A stretch of DNA of 64,000 bases from a virus (Duplodnaviria > Caudoviricetes): positions 128,001 to 192,000 of the IMG/VR virus record IMGVR_UViG_3300042258_000071; one strand, given 5' to 3'. Below the pieces are notes generated by a model, which was not told the origin of the DNA, did no database searches, and saw only the letters and a list, made by a program, of their open reading frames with translations. Positions 19,174 through 28,905 of the stretch are shown here, piece by piece. Both the position numbers and the translations under genes were made by a program. Positions within the stretch are counted from its first letter, which is position 1, and each line of letters begins with the position of its first letter.

Positions 19174-20013
19174 TTAGATAAAGTATTTCATAAGAGCTCG
19201 TGCAGATTCTGGGTCAAAATAATGACCCTCTTTAACTTTACCCATGGCTTCAGCATACATCTGAGGGGAACCCTCTTGCTCATACCGATCGACCATGTCC
19301 CGAATACGGCCGATGTTTGCCCCTGCAAACACTTGACCGATGTCGATTTTGATAACAAGGTCTGTAAACAACATTTGTTTAGCTGCAATAACACAAAGTT
19401 CTGCAATGGGATCAACCATGCTCGCAGGGAGGTTTGTAAGGTTATCGTCATACGCAAGAACACACTCAATGACCAATTGATCAACTGTTGTCGTAGGTGT
19501 AATCTGAATAACGTTTCCATCCCAAAGTGTTGCAACAGGTGTTAAAATCGCACTACTTCGCGTATGACTCTCCGTGATAGCACCTGCCAGATTGTTCATG
19601 GTGTTACCTTGATTGGCATAGAGCATCGGTGATGCTCCATAACTCCTCGCGTAACCGATCCCAAAAGATACATTTCTAATAGCTGAAATATTACGATGGT
19701 CTCGAACATCTGGAGGTACTTGATAGAGATCCCCTTGAATGGAGGGTCCTAAATAAAACTCGCGAATATCATCCGCTCTTAATCGATACTCTTCTCTTAA
19801 TATAATAGGCTTAGGACGCCCTTGGGCAATGCTCACATCTTGAATAACACGACGCCTTACAACACGATCAAGAATCTTATCATCTAGTGTTGAACCTTCA
19901 CTCTCATTATGCTGATTAAACCCAAGGTCAAGAAGTTCTCTTGGTATAGTAGAATATATTCTTTGAAGAATGATGTCTAAGGGGTTAACACTTGATGTCA
20001 TAAATAGCCTCAT
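19174..20013 (-). CDS. phiKZ-like virion structural protein (possible head-tail connector)
   Basis: NPLDIILQRIYSTIPRELL start and VIKIDIGQVFAGANIG recalled from phiKZ-group virion proteins. Confidence 0.5.
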   Translation of the reverse strand: MRLFMTSSVNPLDIILQRIYSTIPRELLDLGFNQHNESEGSTLDDKILDRVVRRRVIQDVSIAQGRPKPIILREEYRLRADDIREFYLGPSIQGDLYQVPPDVRDHRNISAIRNVSFGIGYARSYGASPMLYANQGNTMNNLAGAITESHTRSSAILTPVATLWDGNVIQITPTTTVDQLVIECVLAYDDNLTNLPASMVDPIAELCVIAAKQMLFTDLVIKIDIGQVFAGANIGRIRDMVDRYEQEGSPQMYAEAMGKVKEGHYFDPESARALMKYFI

Positions 20014-20155
20014 ATTTAAGGGTGACGGTATGTCCTCTTACTCTCTTAAATATGAGAGTATTTTTCCATAAAATGACCACGATACTTCGAGATTTTAAGT
20101 TAATAAATGAGCTTAACGAAACATGGCATGATATACATCCATAGGGAGATCGAAG

Positions 20156-21061
20156 ATGCCTCTTATTAAAAGAGCTGAATCTGATATTCTAAGATTAAAA
20201 CCTATTGTTCACGGATATGTAAATCCTTGCACTGTGAACCCCTCATTTGGAGCCGGTCTTGGTAAAGTGTTTGACACTGAATTCCCCGGTCTTGCTGAAG
20301 CATATGTTAAAGAGTATGAAAAAAATAAACTCTTCATAGGGACACATTTTACGTACAAAACAAAAAATAGCCCTGTTGAAATTATTAATCTTCCAACGAA
20401 GGGCCATTTTGCAGATGCATTTGATATTAAAGATGTGAAGAAATCATTACAAACTCTAAGGAATGTTTTAGAATCTAAGAAATATTATCATTGTGCTATG
20501 CCCATGCTTGGATATGCTCTTAAGGATGCGGATAAAGAACTCTGTGAAAAACTTAATTATGAGTACTTGGATGATCTTCCATGTATTATACATGTGTGTA
20601 TGCGACCAGAAGCTTTTAAAGTACCCCCTAAATATTTAGCTATCATTGGATCTCAAGAATTTTCAGATATTAAGTATATGGAAGATAAACTTCTATCCAT
20701 TTTAAAACGATGGAACCTTAAACCAGAAGACTTCGATGCTTGGGTATCTGGCGGTGCTAAAGGTGCCGATACATTAGGATGTGGGCGATCTCTTTTAGAT
20801 AAGACGTATGAAACATCTCTTGCTAAAAAGTATAGTCCTCGCAGACCTATTCATGTCTTAGCAGACTTTGAGAAATATGGACGGTCTGCTGGGTATATTC
20901 GAAATCCGGTTATCGGAGATATTGCAACGCATGTCATTGCATTTTTAGATGAAAGGAAGAAACCTTCCCCAGGAACACGACATACTCTTAAATGGCTTAA
21001 AGGGTGGAATGAAAAATATCCTGACCAGAGAAAGGAGGTTATCGCATGCAGTCTTTCATAA
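20156..21061 (+). CDS. Macro (Poa1p/DarG-like) + SLOG (YspA/DUF2493-like) fusion
   Basis: N-half VNPCTVNPSFGAGLG, INLPTK, AMPMLG; C-half IIGSQEF, VSGGAKGAD, GRSAGYIRN, SPGT. Confidence 0.75.
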   Translation: MPLIKRAESDILRLKPIVHGYVNPCTVNPSFGAGLGKVFDTEFPGLAEAYVKEYEKNKLFIGTHFTYKTKNSPVEIINLPTKGHFADAFDIKDVKKSLQTLRNVLESKKYYHCAMPMLGYALKDADKELCEKLNYEYLDDLPCIIHVCMRPEAFKVPPKYLAIIGSQEFSDIKYMEDKLLSILKRWNLKPEDFDAWVSGGAKGADTLGCGRSLLDKTYETSLAKKYSPRRPIHVLADFEKYGRSAGYIRNPVIGDIATHVIAFLDERKKPSPGTRHTLKWLKGWNEKYPDQRKEVIACSLS

Positions 21062-21073
21062 GCATTAAATGGA

Positions 21074-21412
21074 TTGGGGAGTAACATGTCTGATCATACT
21101 AGCACAAAACGTCGTATGATGATATTACAAAAGATGACCTTGAACTGTAGATATCCTCCTTTTACTATCCCACATGATTTGTCTGGGGAGATATCATCAT
21201 CTGAAGATCCCATTGTTTACCCATCTCTTGAGAGTACTGATATTAAGGTCAAAGTAATAAAACCTCGAAATACCTCATCATCTAACTGTAATTACACATA
21301 TTTCTTTGATAAAGAAAGAAGGTCTAAGATCACTAAAGATGCTAAAGAATATTCTAAGATACTCAATCAGAGCTTGCATGGGGTGATGGAAGACCCATAT
21401 GGAACTAAGTGA
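21074..21412 (+). CDS. hypothetical protein
   Basis: ORF in operon context. Confidence 0.45.
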   Translation: MGSNMSDHTSTKRRMMILQKMTLNCRYPPFTIPHDLSGEISSSEDPIVYPSLESTDIKVKVIKPRNTSSSNCNYTYFFDKERRSKITKDAKEYSKILNQSLHGVMEDPYGTK

Positions 21413-21735
21413 ACATGTCAGAACTTTTGGGGCCTTTTGTTATTCTTCATGGTGCCGATATCGAATCTGGATGGGGAGACTGTTTTCATAGTAAGCATGA
21501 TACTTTTGAAAGCGCCATTAATGTTCGACGCATCTACGACACACAACCTAAACTCTCTCATACCTGGGCTGAAATTGTTGATCTTGATACCTGTAAAGTT
21601 GTTGCATTTCTTTGTAGTGATATTGAACTTAAACATCCTTCTCTTGAGAAATATCGGAAAGTCATGGAAAGGTATGCTGAAGAAGCAAAAACTGAAATGA
21701 CAAATCACCTTAAATCTAAAGGAATTCCTAAATGA
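21409..21735 (+). CDS. hypothetical protein
   Basis: Overlaps neighbours; GWGDC…WAEIVDL small phage-protein pattern. Confidence 0.5.
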   Translation: MNMSELLGPFVILHGADIESGWGDCFHSKHDTFESAINVRRIYDTQPKLSHTWAEIVDLDTCKVVAFLCSDIELKHPSLEKYRKVMERYAEEAKTEMTNHLKSKGIPK

Positions 21736-21932
21736 GATTTAATATTCCACCACCAAATTTAAAAGACCATAGAGCTTCTCCAGAATCTGTTGCAAAATTT
21801 GTACGAGAAATTTCACCGAAACATTATAATAATGACGATCTCATGGAGTTGACATATAAAGTCTATGATGTCATTAGAACCTTCTCAAATAAAAAATCAG
21901 GATCAAACGTGGAAGCTGATCCTGACCAATAA
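21732..21932 (+). CDS. hypothetical protein
   Basis: 66 aa, overlaps upstream stop, AAGGA RBS. Confidence 0.45.
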   Translation: MRFNIPPPNLKDHRASPESVAKFVREISPKHYNNDDLMELTYKVYDVIRTFSNKKSGSNVEADPDQ

Positions 21933-21949
21933 ATAAAGGATGTTGAGAA

Positions 21950-22384
21950 ATGAGATTCCTATCACTCTTTAAGAAGGTCACGTCAAATGTCCCACCTGAA
22001 AATCTAGAATTTCACATTAATTATAAAACATTCTTAAAAGATATGTACACCCACCTCTTTATAATTAAAAAGGATTTGACAAGAGAGAATTATCGAGATC
22101 TAAGGAAATTTGTTAGGAATTCTATAAAACAGTTTAATTCTTTAGATCTTAAAGATCCTTCATATTTACTAATGGCATCGTCTACTACATATTTTACTAC
22201 TAAATATTTCTGCCATCATCTTAACTGGAGATTCGCATCTAATTATGTAACTCTTATGGCGCATGTTCAACTTGGCTGTGGAAAAATTGACACTAAAGTT
22301 AGTCAGTATCGTCTTCCTAAGACCTTCAGCGGATTAAAGCATCTTGAAGAGGAACTCTCCAAAGTAAAAATATGTACACGATAA
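21950..22384 (+). CDS. hypothetical protein
   Basis: 144 aa, AAGGA RBS, followed by hairpin 22391-22419. Confidence 0.5.
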   Translation: MRFLSLFKKVTSNVPPENLEFHINYKTFLKDMYTHLFIIKKDLTRENYRDLRKFVRNSIKQFNSLDLKDPSYLLMASSTTYFTTKYFCHHLNWRFASNYVTLMAHVQLGCGKIDTKVSQYRLPKTFSGLKHLEEELSKVKICTR

Positions 22385-22448
22385 ACATGCAGGAGAGGTG
22401 GGGTTGCCCCACCTCTCCTATGCACTGTTATTCATTTTTTGTCAACTA

Positions 22449-22456
22449 TATATTAC
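22449..22456 (+). promoter_or_regulatory. early promoter motif TATATTAC
   Basis: Exact motif followed by N5-TGA. Confidence 0.7.
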
Positions 22457-22513
22457 TAAAGTGATGTGCTTTATTTAAAGACATCCTTCTGACACTTAAT
22501 ATAGGAGACTGAG

Positions 22514-22915
22514 ATGGCATTATTCTCACGATGTCGAGGATTATTATACTACCTCTTTGGGGGTCATCGCGTCTACAATTTTGGGACTATAAGTGTACAA
22601 CATCGAGATGTTGTAACCTTCATAGATGATATCCGGAATAACCCGGAAATCATTAGCTTGCAAAATAGCATGATTGTGGGGGATCCCAGGATCCACTTAG
22701 TACTTCTGTTAAAGAAATATATCTTAAGTTCTGAGATACGAAATATGTACCCGGGACATGGGCCATTGAACGTCTATTATGTTCTGGTAACCCAACTTAA
22801 GTCTGGGTCTGAACTTAGTCTAGAGGAAATATTAAAACTAGATGAATGTAATATTCCTCCAGGAAACCCAGACAATCTAGATCTCCCTAGGCTGCCTTAT
22901 ACTGAGCTGTATTAG
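22514..22915 (+). CDS. hypothetical early protein
   Basis: 133 aa, AGGAG RBS. Confidence 0.55.
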   Translation: MALFSRCRGLLYYLFGGHRVYNFGTISVQHRDVVTFIDDIRNNPEIISLQNSMIVGDPRIHLVLLLKKYILSSEIRNMYPGHGPLNVYYVLVTQLKSGSELSLEEILKLDECNIPPGNPDNLDLPRLPYTELY

Positions 22916-22975
22916 TTTAATTCTTTAAATCGTGAACACCATCCTATGGACGTGTATCCATTAAAGGAGGGTGTC

Positions 22976-23047
22976 ATGCGACATAGTACTGACCCGCCCG
23001 AATACCCACAGATCCATCCGCAGATTTATGGGATTTGGACAGGATGA
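22976..23047 (+). CDS. unannotated 23-aa peptide MRHSTDPPEYPQIHPQIYGIWTG
   Basis: AAGGAGG Shine-Dalgarno 5 nt upstream of ATG; CATCCTATG motif upstream; palindrome downstream. Confidence 0.5.
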   Translation: MRHSTDPPEYPQIHPQIYGIWTG

Positions 23048-23159
23048 CAATATATCACATAAACATGTGTTTTGATGTCATTTTGTAAGGGTTTCACTTA
23101 ATTTACATATTGACAACCTCATTTACTACCGATACATCGAATCACATTTATGCATAAGC

Positions 23160-23191
23160 AAGGGTAGGTGGGGTTAACCCCACCTACCCTT
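23160..23191 (+). terminator. perfect 32-bp palindrome, terminator-like
   Basis: AAGGGTAGGTGGGGTTAACCCCACCTACCCTT. Confidence 0.7.
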
Positions 23192-23239
23192 ATTATTTTC
23201 TATTTCCATAACCTCGTTATCTCTCAATAGGGGAACATT

Positions 23240-23650
23240 ATGTTCACAATTACCAAAAACTTCACACGTGCCTTTGCCTTAGCAGCTTCCATCCTGGGAG
23301 TTTCTGCTTGTTCAAGTACCCAATATGGAGTACTTGGGACTCCAACAGCTCAGGAGAAGGTACTTACATTCTTGGAGGCTAACTCCGAGAAATGTGAAAG
23401 GGAGGTCTTGTCTAAAACCGAAAGTCTTATCATTTCGGTTGATGGGGATACTGTAGACACAATGTCTAAATATCTCCCAAATGCGACTACCTTTGGGACT
23501 GATGGAATCCTGGTTGCTAAAAAATATATTCAGATAAACGGGTTCTTGTCACCCGCTTATCAGAAAAAAGTGATATCGGCACTTGAATGTGTCGATACCA
23601 TCAGGGTACCTACCTCCTTGGTGGATATAGAAGTTGCATCTGCTGACTGA
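23240..23650 (+). CDS. putative lipoprotein
   Basis: Signal peptide ending in lipobox VSAC. Confidence 0.6.
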   Translation: MFTITKNFTRAFALAASILGVSACSSTQYGVLGTPTAQEKVLTFLEANSEKCEREVLSKTESLIISVDGDTVDTMSKYLPNATTFGTDGILVAKKYIQINGFLSPAYQKKVISALECVDTIRVPTSLVDIEVASAD

Positions 23651-23687
23651 CAACTGATCTAAAATGAGGAACCTTTCAATATCAACA

Positions 23688-23739
23688 TATACATGTATGA
23701 GATGAGGGGTTCCTCATCTCATACATGTATACTTTTTTT
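23688..23739 (+). terminator. 20-bp stem intrinsic terminator
   Basis: TATACATGTATGAGATGAGG/CCTCATCTCATACATGTATA plus T-run. Confidence 0.75.
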
Positions 23740-23759
23740 ATTCATTAATGATTCCCTTA

Positions 23760-23767
23760 TATATTAC
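23760..23767 (+). promoter_or_regulatory. early promoter motif TATATTAC
   Basis: Exact motif after the terminator. Confidence 0.65.
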
Positions 23768-23849
23768 GTGTGTAGAGAATTCTAAAAGAGGGAAGCGATT
23801 CCCTTATATGAAAAATGTAAATCCCTCATGAACAGAAAAGGTCTTCATC

Positions 23850-24827
23850 ATGCCCCTTATTAATGTCATAGAGCTTTCTGGAAAACTTAATAGTGGAATC
23901 GTGTCATGCTGGTACAACAATACTGAATTTGAGGTGAGATTAACTGATGAATATACCAGTATGCTTGCTCAGGATGTTACGGTTGTATTTGTTGGCGCAG
24001 ATGTTCCATCGGTGAAAATAACCCAAGGTTGTTTCTACAAAGTCTATGATAAGGAATTTATTGAATTAAACATCTATCATGTGGCCAGGAAGTGTAAGAT
24101 TTTAGGATCTTGGGATCGAATCTCAACCATCGGAGATGCTCTGCAAGCTTTACGACTTGGGTACTATGACATCTGGCTGTCAACTATGAACGCATGTCTT
24201 TTAAAAAGGAGGTATTTAACCATTGAGCATTATGCAGCTATCATCCCAGAAGAACATCTTAAATATGCATGTGTTATCTATCCGGAATCTGAACTTTTCA
24301 CACTCAGATTAATCGACGAGGTTGATAAAGCTAAAGTTTCTAGACCGCTTCCCCTCATGAAAGTTCATGAGAGCTGCCAGCTTGTTGATGGCGTCATCTG
24401 TATCGATGACCTAGATGCCAAATATAAGATTATGGTGAAACCTTCTTTTAAAACCCTCTCTAAAAAGAAACGTAAACATTCTAAAAGTGTTCGGGTCGCA
24501 TATGTTCGAAACCCTAAGGATGATACCTACATTTTTAGGGTGACGGATCAGAAAGATGACGTTCTTGAAGTTTTTCAGGTCACAGAGTTTAAAGACAAAA
24601 AATGTCATCCCCTCAAAATCATGTCCAGTCATGAACAAACTAGCATCTTAAAAAAGAGGTATCCGATCTGGCATGCTCTTGTCGCCCGTAAACTCAAAAC
24701 TGACACTCTTAAAATATTCCAGGAATTAACAGATGAGGAAAAGTTTTTCGGGTGCCTGTTGTACGCATCTGATGAAATCCATGAACGTCTCATGGCGCAT
24801 GTTCCACTTCTAGACACAAGGACTTAG
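23850..24827 (+). CDS. hypothetical protein
   Basis: 325-aa ORF with RBS. Confidence 0.6.
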   Translation: MPLINVIELSGKLNSGIVSCWYNNTEFEVRLTDEYTSMLAQDVTVVFVGADVPSVKITQGCFYKVYDKEFIELNIYHVARKCKILGSWDRISTIGDALQALRLGYYDIWLSTMNACLLKRRYLTIEHYAAIIPEEHLKYACVIYPESELFTLRLIDEVDKAKVSRPLPLMKVHESCQLVDGVICIDDLDAKYKIMVKPSFKTLSKKKRKHSKSVRVAYVRNPKDDTYIFRVTDQKDDVLEVFQVTEFKDKKCHPLKIMSSHEQTSILKKRYPIWHALVARKLKTDTLKIFQELTDEEKFFGCLLYASDEIHERLMAHVPLLDTRT

Positions 24828-24831
24828 TAAG

Positions 24832-25107
24832 ATGATGCTTGCAGCACTGATGATCTGCCACATCTATTCTGGGACTCTCATCTTTAACGACCTACTGTAT
24901 GCAGATTTGTATGCACAATACCAAGAGGAGAAGAGTTACTTAAACACGATGCGTCTTGTCACGCAACATCGGGGCAGTTTTCAAAATGAACGATTGGGGA
25001 GAGATGTTTTAATGCGCACACTCCCTCACACAAAGATAGCTCTCGTAGTAGGTGAACAGCGGTTTATCGTTAAACAGGATCTTAAAAACTGCTCCCCTAC
25101 AAAGTAA
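24832..25107 (+). CDS. hypothetical protein
   Basis: 91 aa, hydrophobic N-terminus. Confidence 0.4.
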   Translation: MMLAALMICHIYSGTLIFNDLLYADLYAQYQEEKSYLNTMRLVTQHRGSFQNERLGRDVLMRTLPHTKIALVVGEQRFIVKQDLKNCSPTK

Positions 25108-25271
25108 TGCCAAGTGTGCGTTCAGACCTGACTATTGTCCTATGGTGAAGGTTTCAGTATTGCCGTGCAGGCACATCAGTATCTAACACAACCGACGCAC
25201 TCTTGAACAGTGCTCTAAGTTAGATTGACTCAAATCACCAATAGTGGTGAAAACGCAGGAGGTACCCCCTT

Positions 25272-25922
25272 ATGGGTAAAATTGCATTTAAAAAAGAATT
25301 CACACTTGCCATGATCAAATCACATGTGGCGATATCACGTGAAACTTGTGACACTATATGGACATATGGTACGTATGAAATGTCACACGCCTTTCCCCCA
25401 TCCCATTGTCCTACTGTAATGGCACGTCTTCGGTGTGTCATGCCAGTTCCTTTTGCAAAACTGTTTTATGCGGAACATAAGTATAAGCCTTATTTTGAAG
25501 GACTCATTCGCTCAGTAACACATGGTCCGGTTGAATTTGCTCTCCTGGTCACCAAATCTGAACCCGAATGTGACACAAGCATTGTGGACGTGTGGCGATC
25601 TGTCATCGGAACGACAGACCCTCTCACTGCGGAACCTGGAACCATTCGGGCCATGTATGGTATCCAACTTCCTTTCAATGCCGTACATGGCTCTGATTCA
25701 GAAGAGGCGGCATTTCATGAGGCAAGACTCATCTATGGATCCGATTTCCTGTATTCCGTTCTTGAGTTCAAATGTTCATCAAACATGGCATCTACGGGTG
25801 GTGGAACGGATAACAATACTAAAGTTGAAAATGCTAAGGTAAAGAGTCCTACCTCCCAGTATGGGAAACCTCCGACCCTTCCGATTGAACCCAAGGATCG
25901 AATCTCCCGGGAAGGAATTTAA
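25272..25922 (+). CDS. ndk: nucleoside diphosphate kinase
   Basis: FTLAMIK, WRSVIGTTDP…PGTIRAMYG and catalytic NAVHGSDS. Confidence 0.9.
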   Translation: MGKIAFKKEFTLAMIKSHVAISRETCDTIWTYGTYEMSHAFPPSHCPTVMARLRCVMPVPFAKLFYAEHKYKPYFEGLIRSVTHGPVEFALLVTKSEPECDTSIVDVWRSVIGTTDPLTAEPGTIRAMYGIQLPFNAVHGSDSEEAAFHEARLIYGSDFLYSVLEFKCSSNMASTGGGTDNNTKVENAKVKSPTSQYGKPPTLPIEPKDRISREGI

Positions 25923-26042
25923 GATCAGCAGTACTGAGTTGACTGATCATGGGTGAGAGAATCTCTCACCCATATGCTGTGGTTTATTTACATTCACACA
26001 TGGTCATTCACTTAAAAGTTGTCACTCATGCACACTCAGATA

Positions 26043-26050
26043 TATATTAC
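26043..26050 (+). promoter_or_regulatory. early promoter motif TATATTAC
   Basis: Exact motif plus N5-TGA, after hairpin 25949-25973. Confidence 0.7.
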
Positions 26051-26118
26051 TAGCATGAGTATAACACAGTGCCTTCATCAGGTAGTGTGTTAAATGTGAG
26101 AAATTAAAGGAGACTAAA

Positions 26119-26805
26119 ATGCAGCTCGAATTCACTCTTGCAGACATCAGCGGGAAGAAACTCTCTGAGCGGTTTAAAACCGCAATAACTGAGGAAGACG
26201 TTGGATGGGAAAAACTTAACAAGGGGACTCTCCAGGCCGAACTTACGGTCGATGACGATGACGAGTCTCGACCAGTCTGGAAGACTGTGACGTCAGGATT
26301 CTCTTATACGATCATGAATCCTGATGATACGCAGCCCGCTAAAGTGCTATACCAAGGTGCAGTTAGGGGATTCCTAATGCAGTCGTTAATCCCTGAAGAA
26401 TTGAAGGGGAGAACTGCGTTTGCCAAAATCACCGAGGGTTCGGTGTTCAACCACGAAAAATTTGAATTAGTGAACACCGACGCGGAGGTCCTATCGGGCA
26501 TCTATGCTATTATTCAAAAGACCCAAAGGCCGATTGCGCATGTCGTGGCAGCATCTTCTATAGTGAAATCACTTAAGGTGATGCACCTGATCACGAAACT
26601 GCCTTCTCGGGCAGGACTTAATCGTTTCGGGGATCCGGCACTAATCCTAATACTGGCAACGCCAGACGATGTTGAAATTGTAATTTCACCCCGAATTGGG
26701 TACGGGGACCCGGACGCCACCGATGAAGAGTTAACAGGCGCGGCAACTGCCGACTTGCTGCATCGGACGGCAAAAGTCGTCAACATGCTCGCCCCACGTG
26801 AATAG
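26119..26805 (+). CDS. hypothetical early protein
   Basis: 228 aa, AAGGAG RBS. Confidence 0.6.
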   Translation: MQLEFTLADISGKKLSERFKTAITEEDVGWEKLNKGTLQAELTVDDDDESRPVWKTVTSGFSYTIMNPDDTQPAKVLYQGAVRGFLMQSLIPEELKGRTAFAKITEGSVFNHEKFELVNTDAEVLSGIYAIIQKTQRPIAHVVAASSIVKSLKVMHLITKLPSRAGLNRFGDPALILILATPDDVEIVISPRIGYGDPDATDEELTGAATADLLHRTAKVVNMLAPRE

Positions 26806-26897
26806 TTAAGAAACCATCTTTAGTTAGCATCATCATTACCCCTCTATAGTCGAGGGATGATCTTTTCAAAAATCTAAATCAAGACCGGAGACGCCTT

Positions 26898-27425
26898 ATG
26901 AATATAAATGGAATCTACTTAGACGTGGAATCCAACGGGCTCTATGGAGAACCATGGGCCATCTGCGCCAAGAGCATCATCATTGATGCTAAGAATGAAG
27001 TGAAGGTACTCTCTGAATTTGCCTTCCGCCAAGCTAACTTTCCAATAACTGACTCCTGGACAAAGGAGAACTGTTGGAGTTATAACTCCGATATCCCAAT
27101 GACCGCCAATCTCCAAAAGGAGTTTGCAGAGTGGTGGTCATGTCGCCGAGAAGGGGCCCAATCGAGGGTCTGGGCGCACATGTGCGCCCCAGTGGAAGCG
27201 GGGCTATTTATATCCCTTGTGCAGAAGGGGTATATTGGACCATTTGAAGGTCCGTTCCCACTGATTGACATCTCTGGGGTACTGGTGGCCAGGGGGGAAG
27301 ACCCCACATCAGTAGATACAGCCCTCCGACGTCGGGGGATTCATATTGATGGTCATCCTCATGACTGTCGGTATGATGTCAATGCGACGATCAAGCTTAT
27401 GGAAGCCATCTCTAAAGAAGTATAA
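26898..27425 (+). CDS. DEDDh-type 3'-5' exonuclease-like protein
   Basis: YLDVESNG (Exo I) and HPHDCRYD (Exo III, H..D). Confidence 0.65.
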   Translation: MNINGIYLDVESNGLYGEPWAICAKSIIIDAKNEVKVLSEFAFRQANFPITDSWTKENCWSYNSDIPMTANLQKEFAEWWSCRREGAQSRVWAHMCAPVEAGLFISLVQKGYIGPFEGPFPLIDISGVLVARGEDPTSVDTALRRRGIHIDGHPHDCRYDVNATIKLMEAISKEV

Positions 27426-27591
27426 CTAAGGGCGAGGTAGAGTAAATAATACTCTACCTCGCCTCCCTTATTGATTCTTTGATTTTTAGATATGTTAGAG
27501 TTTAGTATGCTATGGCCTGGGTTTAAATGTATGGATATGCCGATGTCTGTCATGGAGATATTTCATACAGTTCGTAACAGAAAGGTAGCAC

Positions 27592-27768
27592 ATGAATCTC
27601 ACAAGGAGACTTTCACTTCGCATTCCAGAATTTGAAGAACGACTCATTAGAAAAGCTGCAAGTCTTAACAGTCAAACTGTATCTGATTATCTTCGAACTG
27701 CAGCTCTTAAACAATCTAAACTGCTTCTTGAGAGAGTCCCCACGCCGGATGATGAAGAAAAAATATAG
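27592..27768 (+). CDS. unannotated 58-aa ribbon-helix-helix protein (N-terminal half of a DUF1778/TacA-type antitoxin)
   Basis: MNLTRRLSLRIPEFEERLIRKAASLNSQTVSDYLRTAALKQSKLLLERVPTPDDEEKI; AAAGG RBS. Confidence 0.7.
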   Translation: MNLTRRLSLRIPEFEERLIRKAASLNSQTVSDYLRTAALKQSKLLLERVPTPDDEEKI

Positions 27769-27853
27769 GCGTTCTATAAAGCTCTTGACAATTACAATAA
27801 CGACTAACCCAACGTTAACTTCGATTTGAAACTTTTTACACAGGAGACTTAGT

Positions 27854-28825
27854 GTGAGCAAATGGACTTTCTATCGGATCATCCCCCATCAGGATAATCC
27901 CGACTTCAGTTCTATGGAAGTCGTGACATATTCCAACCAGATTTTCAAGCATCTCTCTATTTTTGAAGATGCATCTTTTAAAACTGAAGATTGCCAGGAG
28001 AAACTCAATCATCTCCTCTCGGCTACACGACAGCCTGAATGGGGATACGGTCCTCTCCATGCTGATAATTCAGAATTTGGAAAAGCAATCCTTAAAGGGA
28101 ATTGGCCTGAGAAACAGACTGTAGATACTCATGATGATGAGGGGGTGACTATTACAGACATTCTTCTCGATACAGAATTTATTCCAGATTCAGAGGTGAT
28201 GGATCCGTATGAAAAAGTTTCATCAGAGAAACTACAACTTTCAGTCATCACCATGCTTGTAAGTCGTTTTCTTAAAGAAATGGCATCTCAACTTCGTGGA
28301 CTTGACACATCAAAGTTTCCAAAGGTATCCCCCTATATTGAGTACATTGAGAGGGAGAAACTACTGGAGAAGTATACTCCATATGGTTCATCTGCGAAGT
28401 CCCACTGTATGTCGGTTGTTAACAAAGTGTCCCATCAATTACATCAGATAGCTCTGGAATCTTCAAATGGTGGAGGTCTCTCCACTCCACGAGAGCTTGC
28501 GAGACTTGTCAGAAATTTTGGAAAAGATACGAGAAAAATGTTGGATCCAGACTTGTACACTTCTCTATACCGAGAGATACAAGTCTGGGCACAAGAACTT
28601 TCTCACAATGATCACATCAACTCGATGATACATTCTTATGTATGGGATGAAGTTCTTCGTATCAAGAAACAAGAGTATACTGATATGAAGATTGCGGCTG
28701 CTGATCGGACGGAGTTCAATCTTGACCCTGACAAGGCAGAAGAATTCTTCAATGAACTTGACACCCCCTCTGGGCCGAATGAAGCTCTTCGGAAACTGAT
28801 GACAACGCCATCAACCTTCGAATGA
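27854..28825 (+). CDS. hypothetical protein ending in a DUF1778/TacA C-terminal segment
   Basis: C-terminus DRTEFNLDPDKAEEFFNELDTPSGPNEALRKLMTTPSTFE matches the TacA tail pattern; AGGAG RBS. Confidence 0.65.
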   Translation: MSKWTFYRIIPHQDNPDFSSMEVVTYSNQIFKHLSIFEDASFKTEDCQEKLNHLLSATRQPEWGYGPLHADNSEFGKAILKGNWPEKQTVDTHDDEGVTITDILLDTEFIPDSEVMDPYEKVSSEKLQLSVITMLVSRFLKEMASQLRGLDTSKFPKVSPYIEYIEREKLLEKYTPYGSSAKSHCMSVVNKVSHQLHQIALESSNGGGLSTPRELARLVRNFGKDTRKMLDPDLYTSLYREIQVWAQELSHNDHINSMIHSYVWDEVLRIKKQEYTDMKIAAADRTEFNLDPDKAEEFFNELDTPSGPNEALRKLMTTPSTFE

Positions 28826-28905
28826 CTTGACAAGTCAATTAAGAAGATCGCGAAATTCATAGAGTATGTCGCTTACCTCTTTGTTATGTAGAATAGGAGA
28901 CTAAG

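Noticed and set aside
19093-19545. 150-aa + strand ORF (and 19188..19535)
   Set aside because: Antisense shadow of the conserved-looking minus-strand gene; runs through a terminator
25108-25260. Riboswitch upstream of ndk
   Set aside because: Only a short GTGCGT/ACGCAC pairing; no recognisable aptamer consensus
27632-27829. 65-aa ORF from the track
   Set aside because: The overlapping frame 27592..27768 has an RBS and a recognisable RHH pattern, so this one is likely spurious
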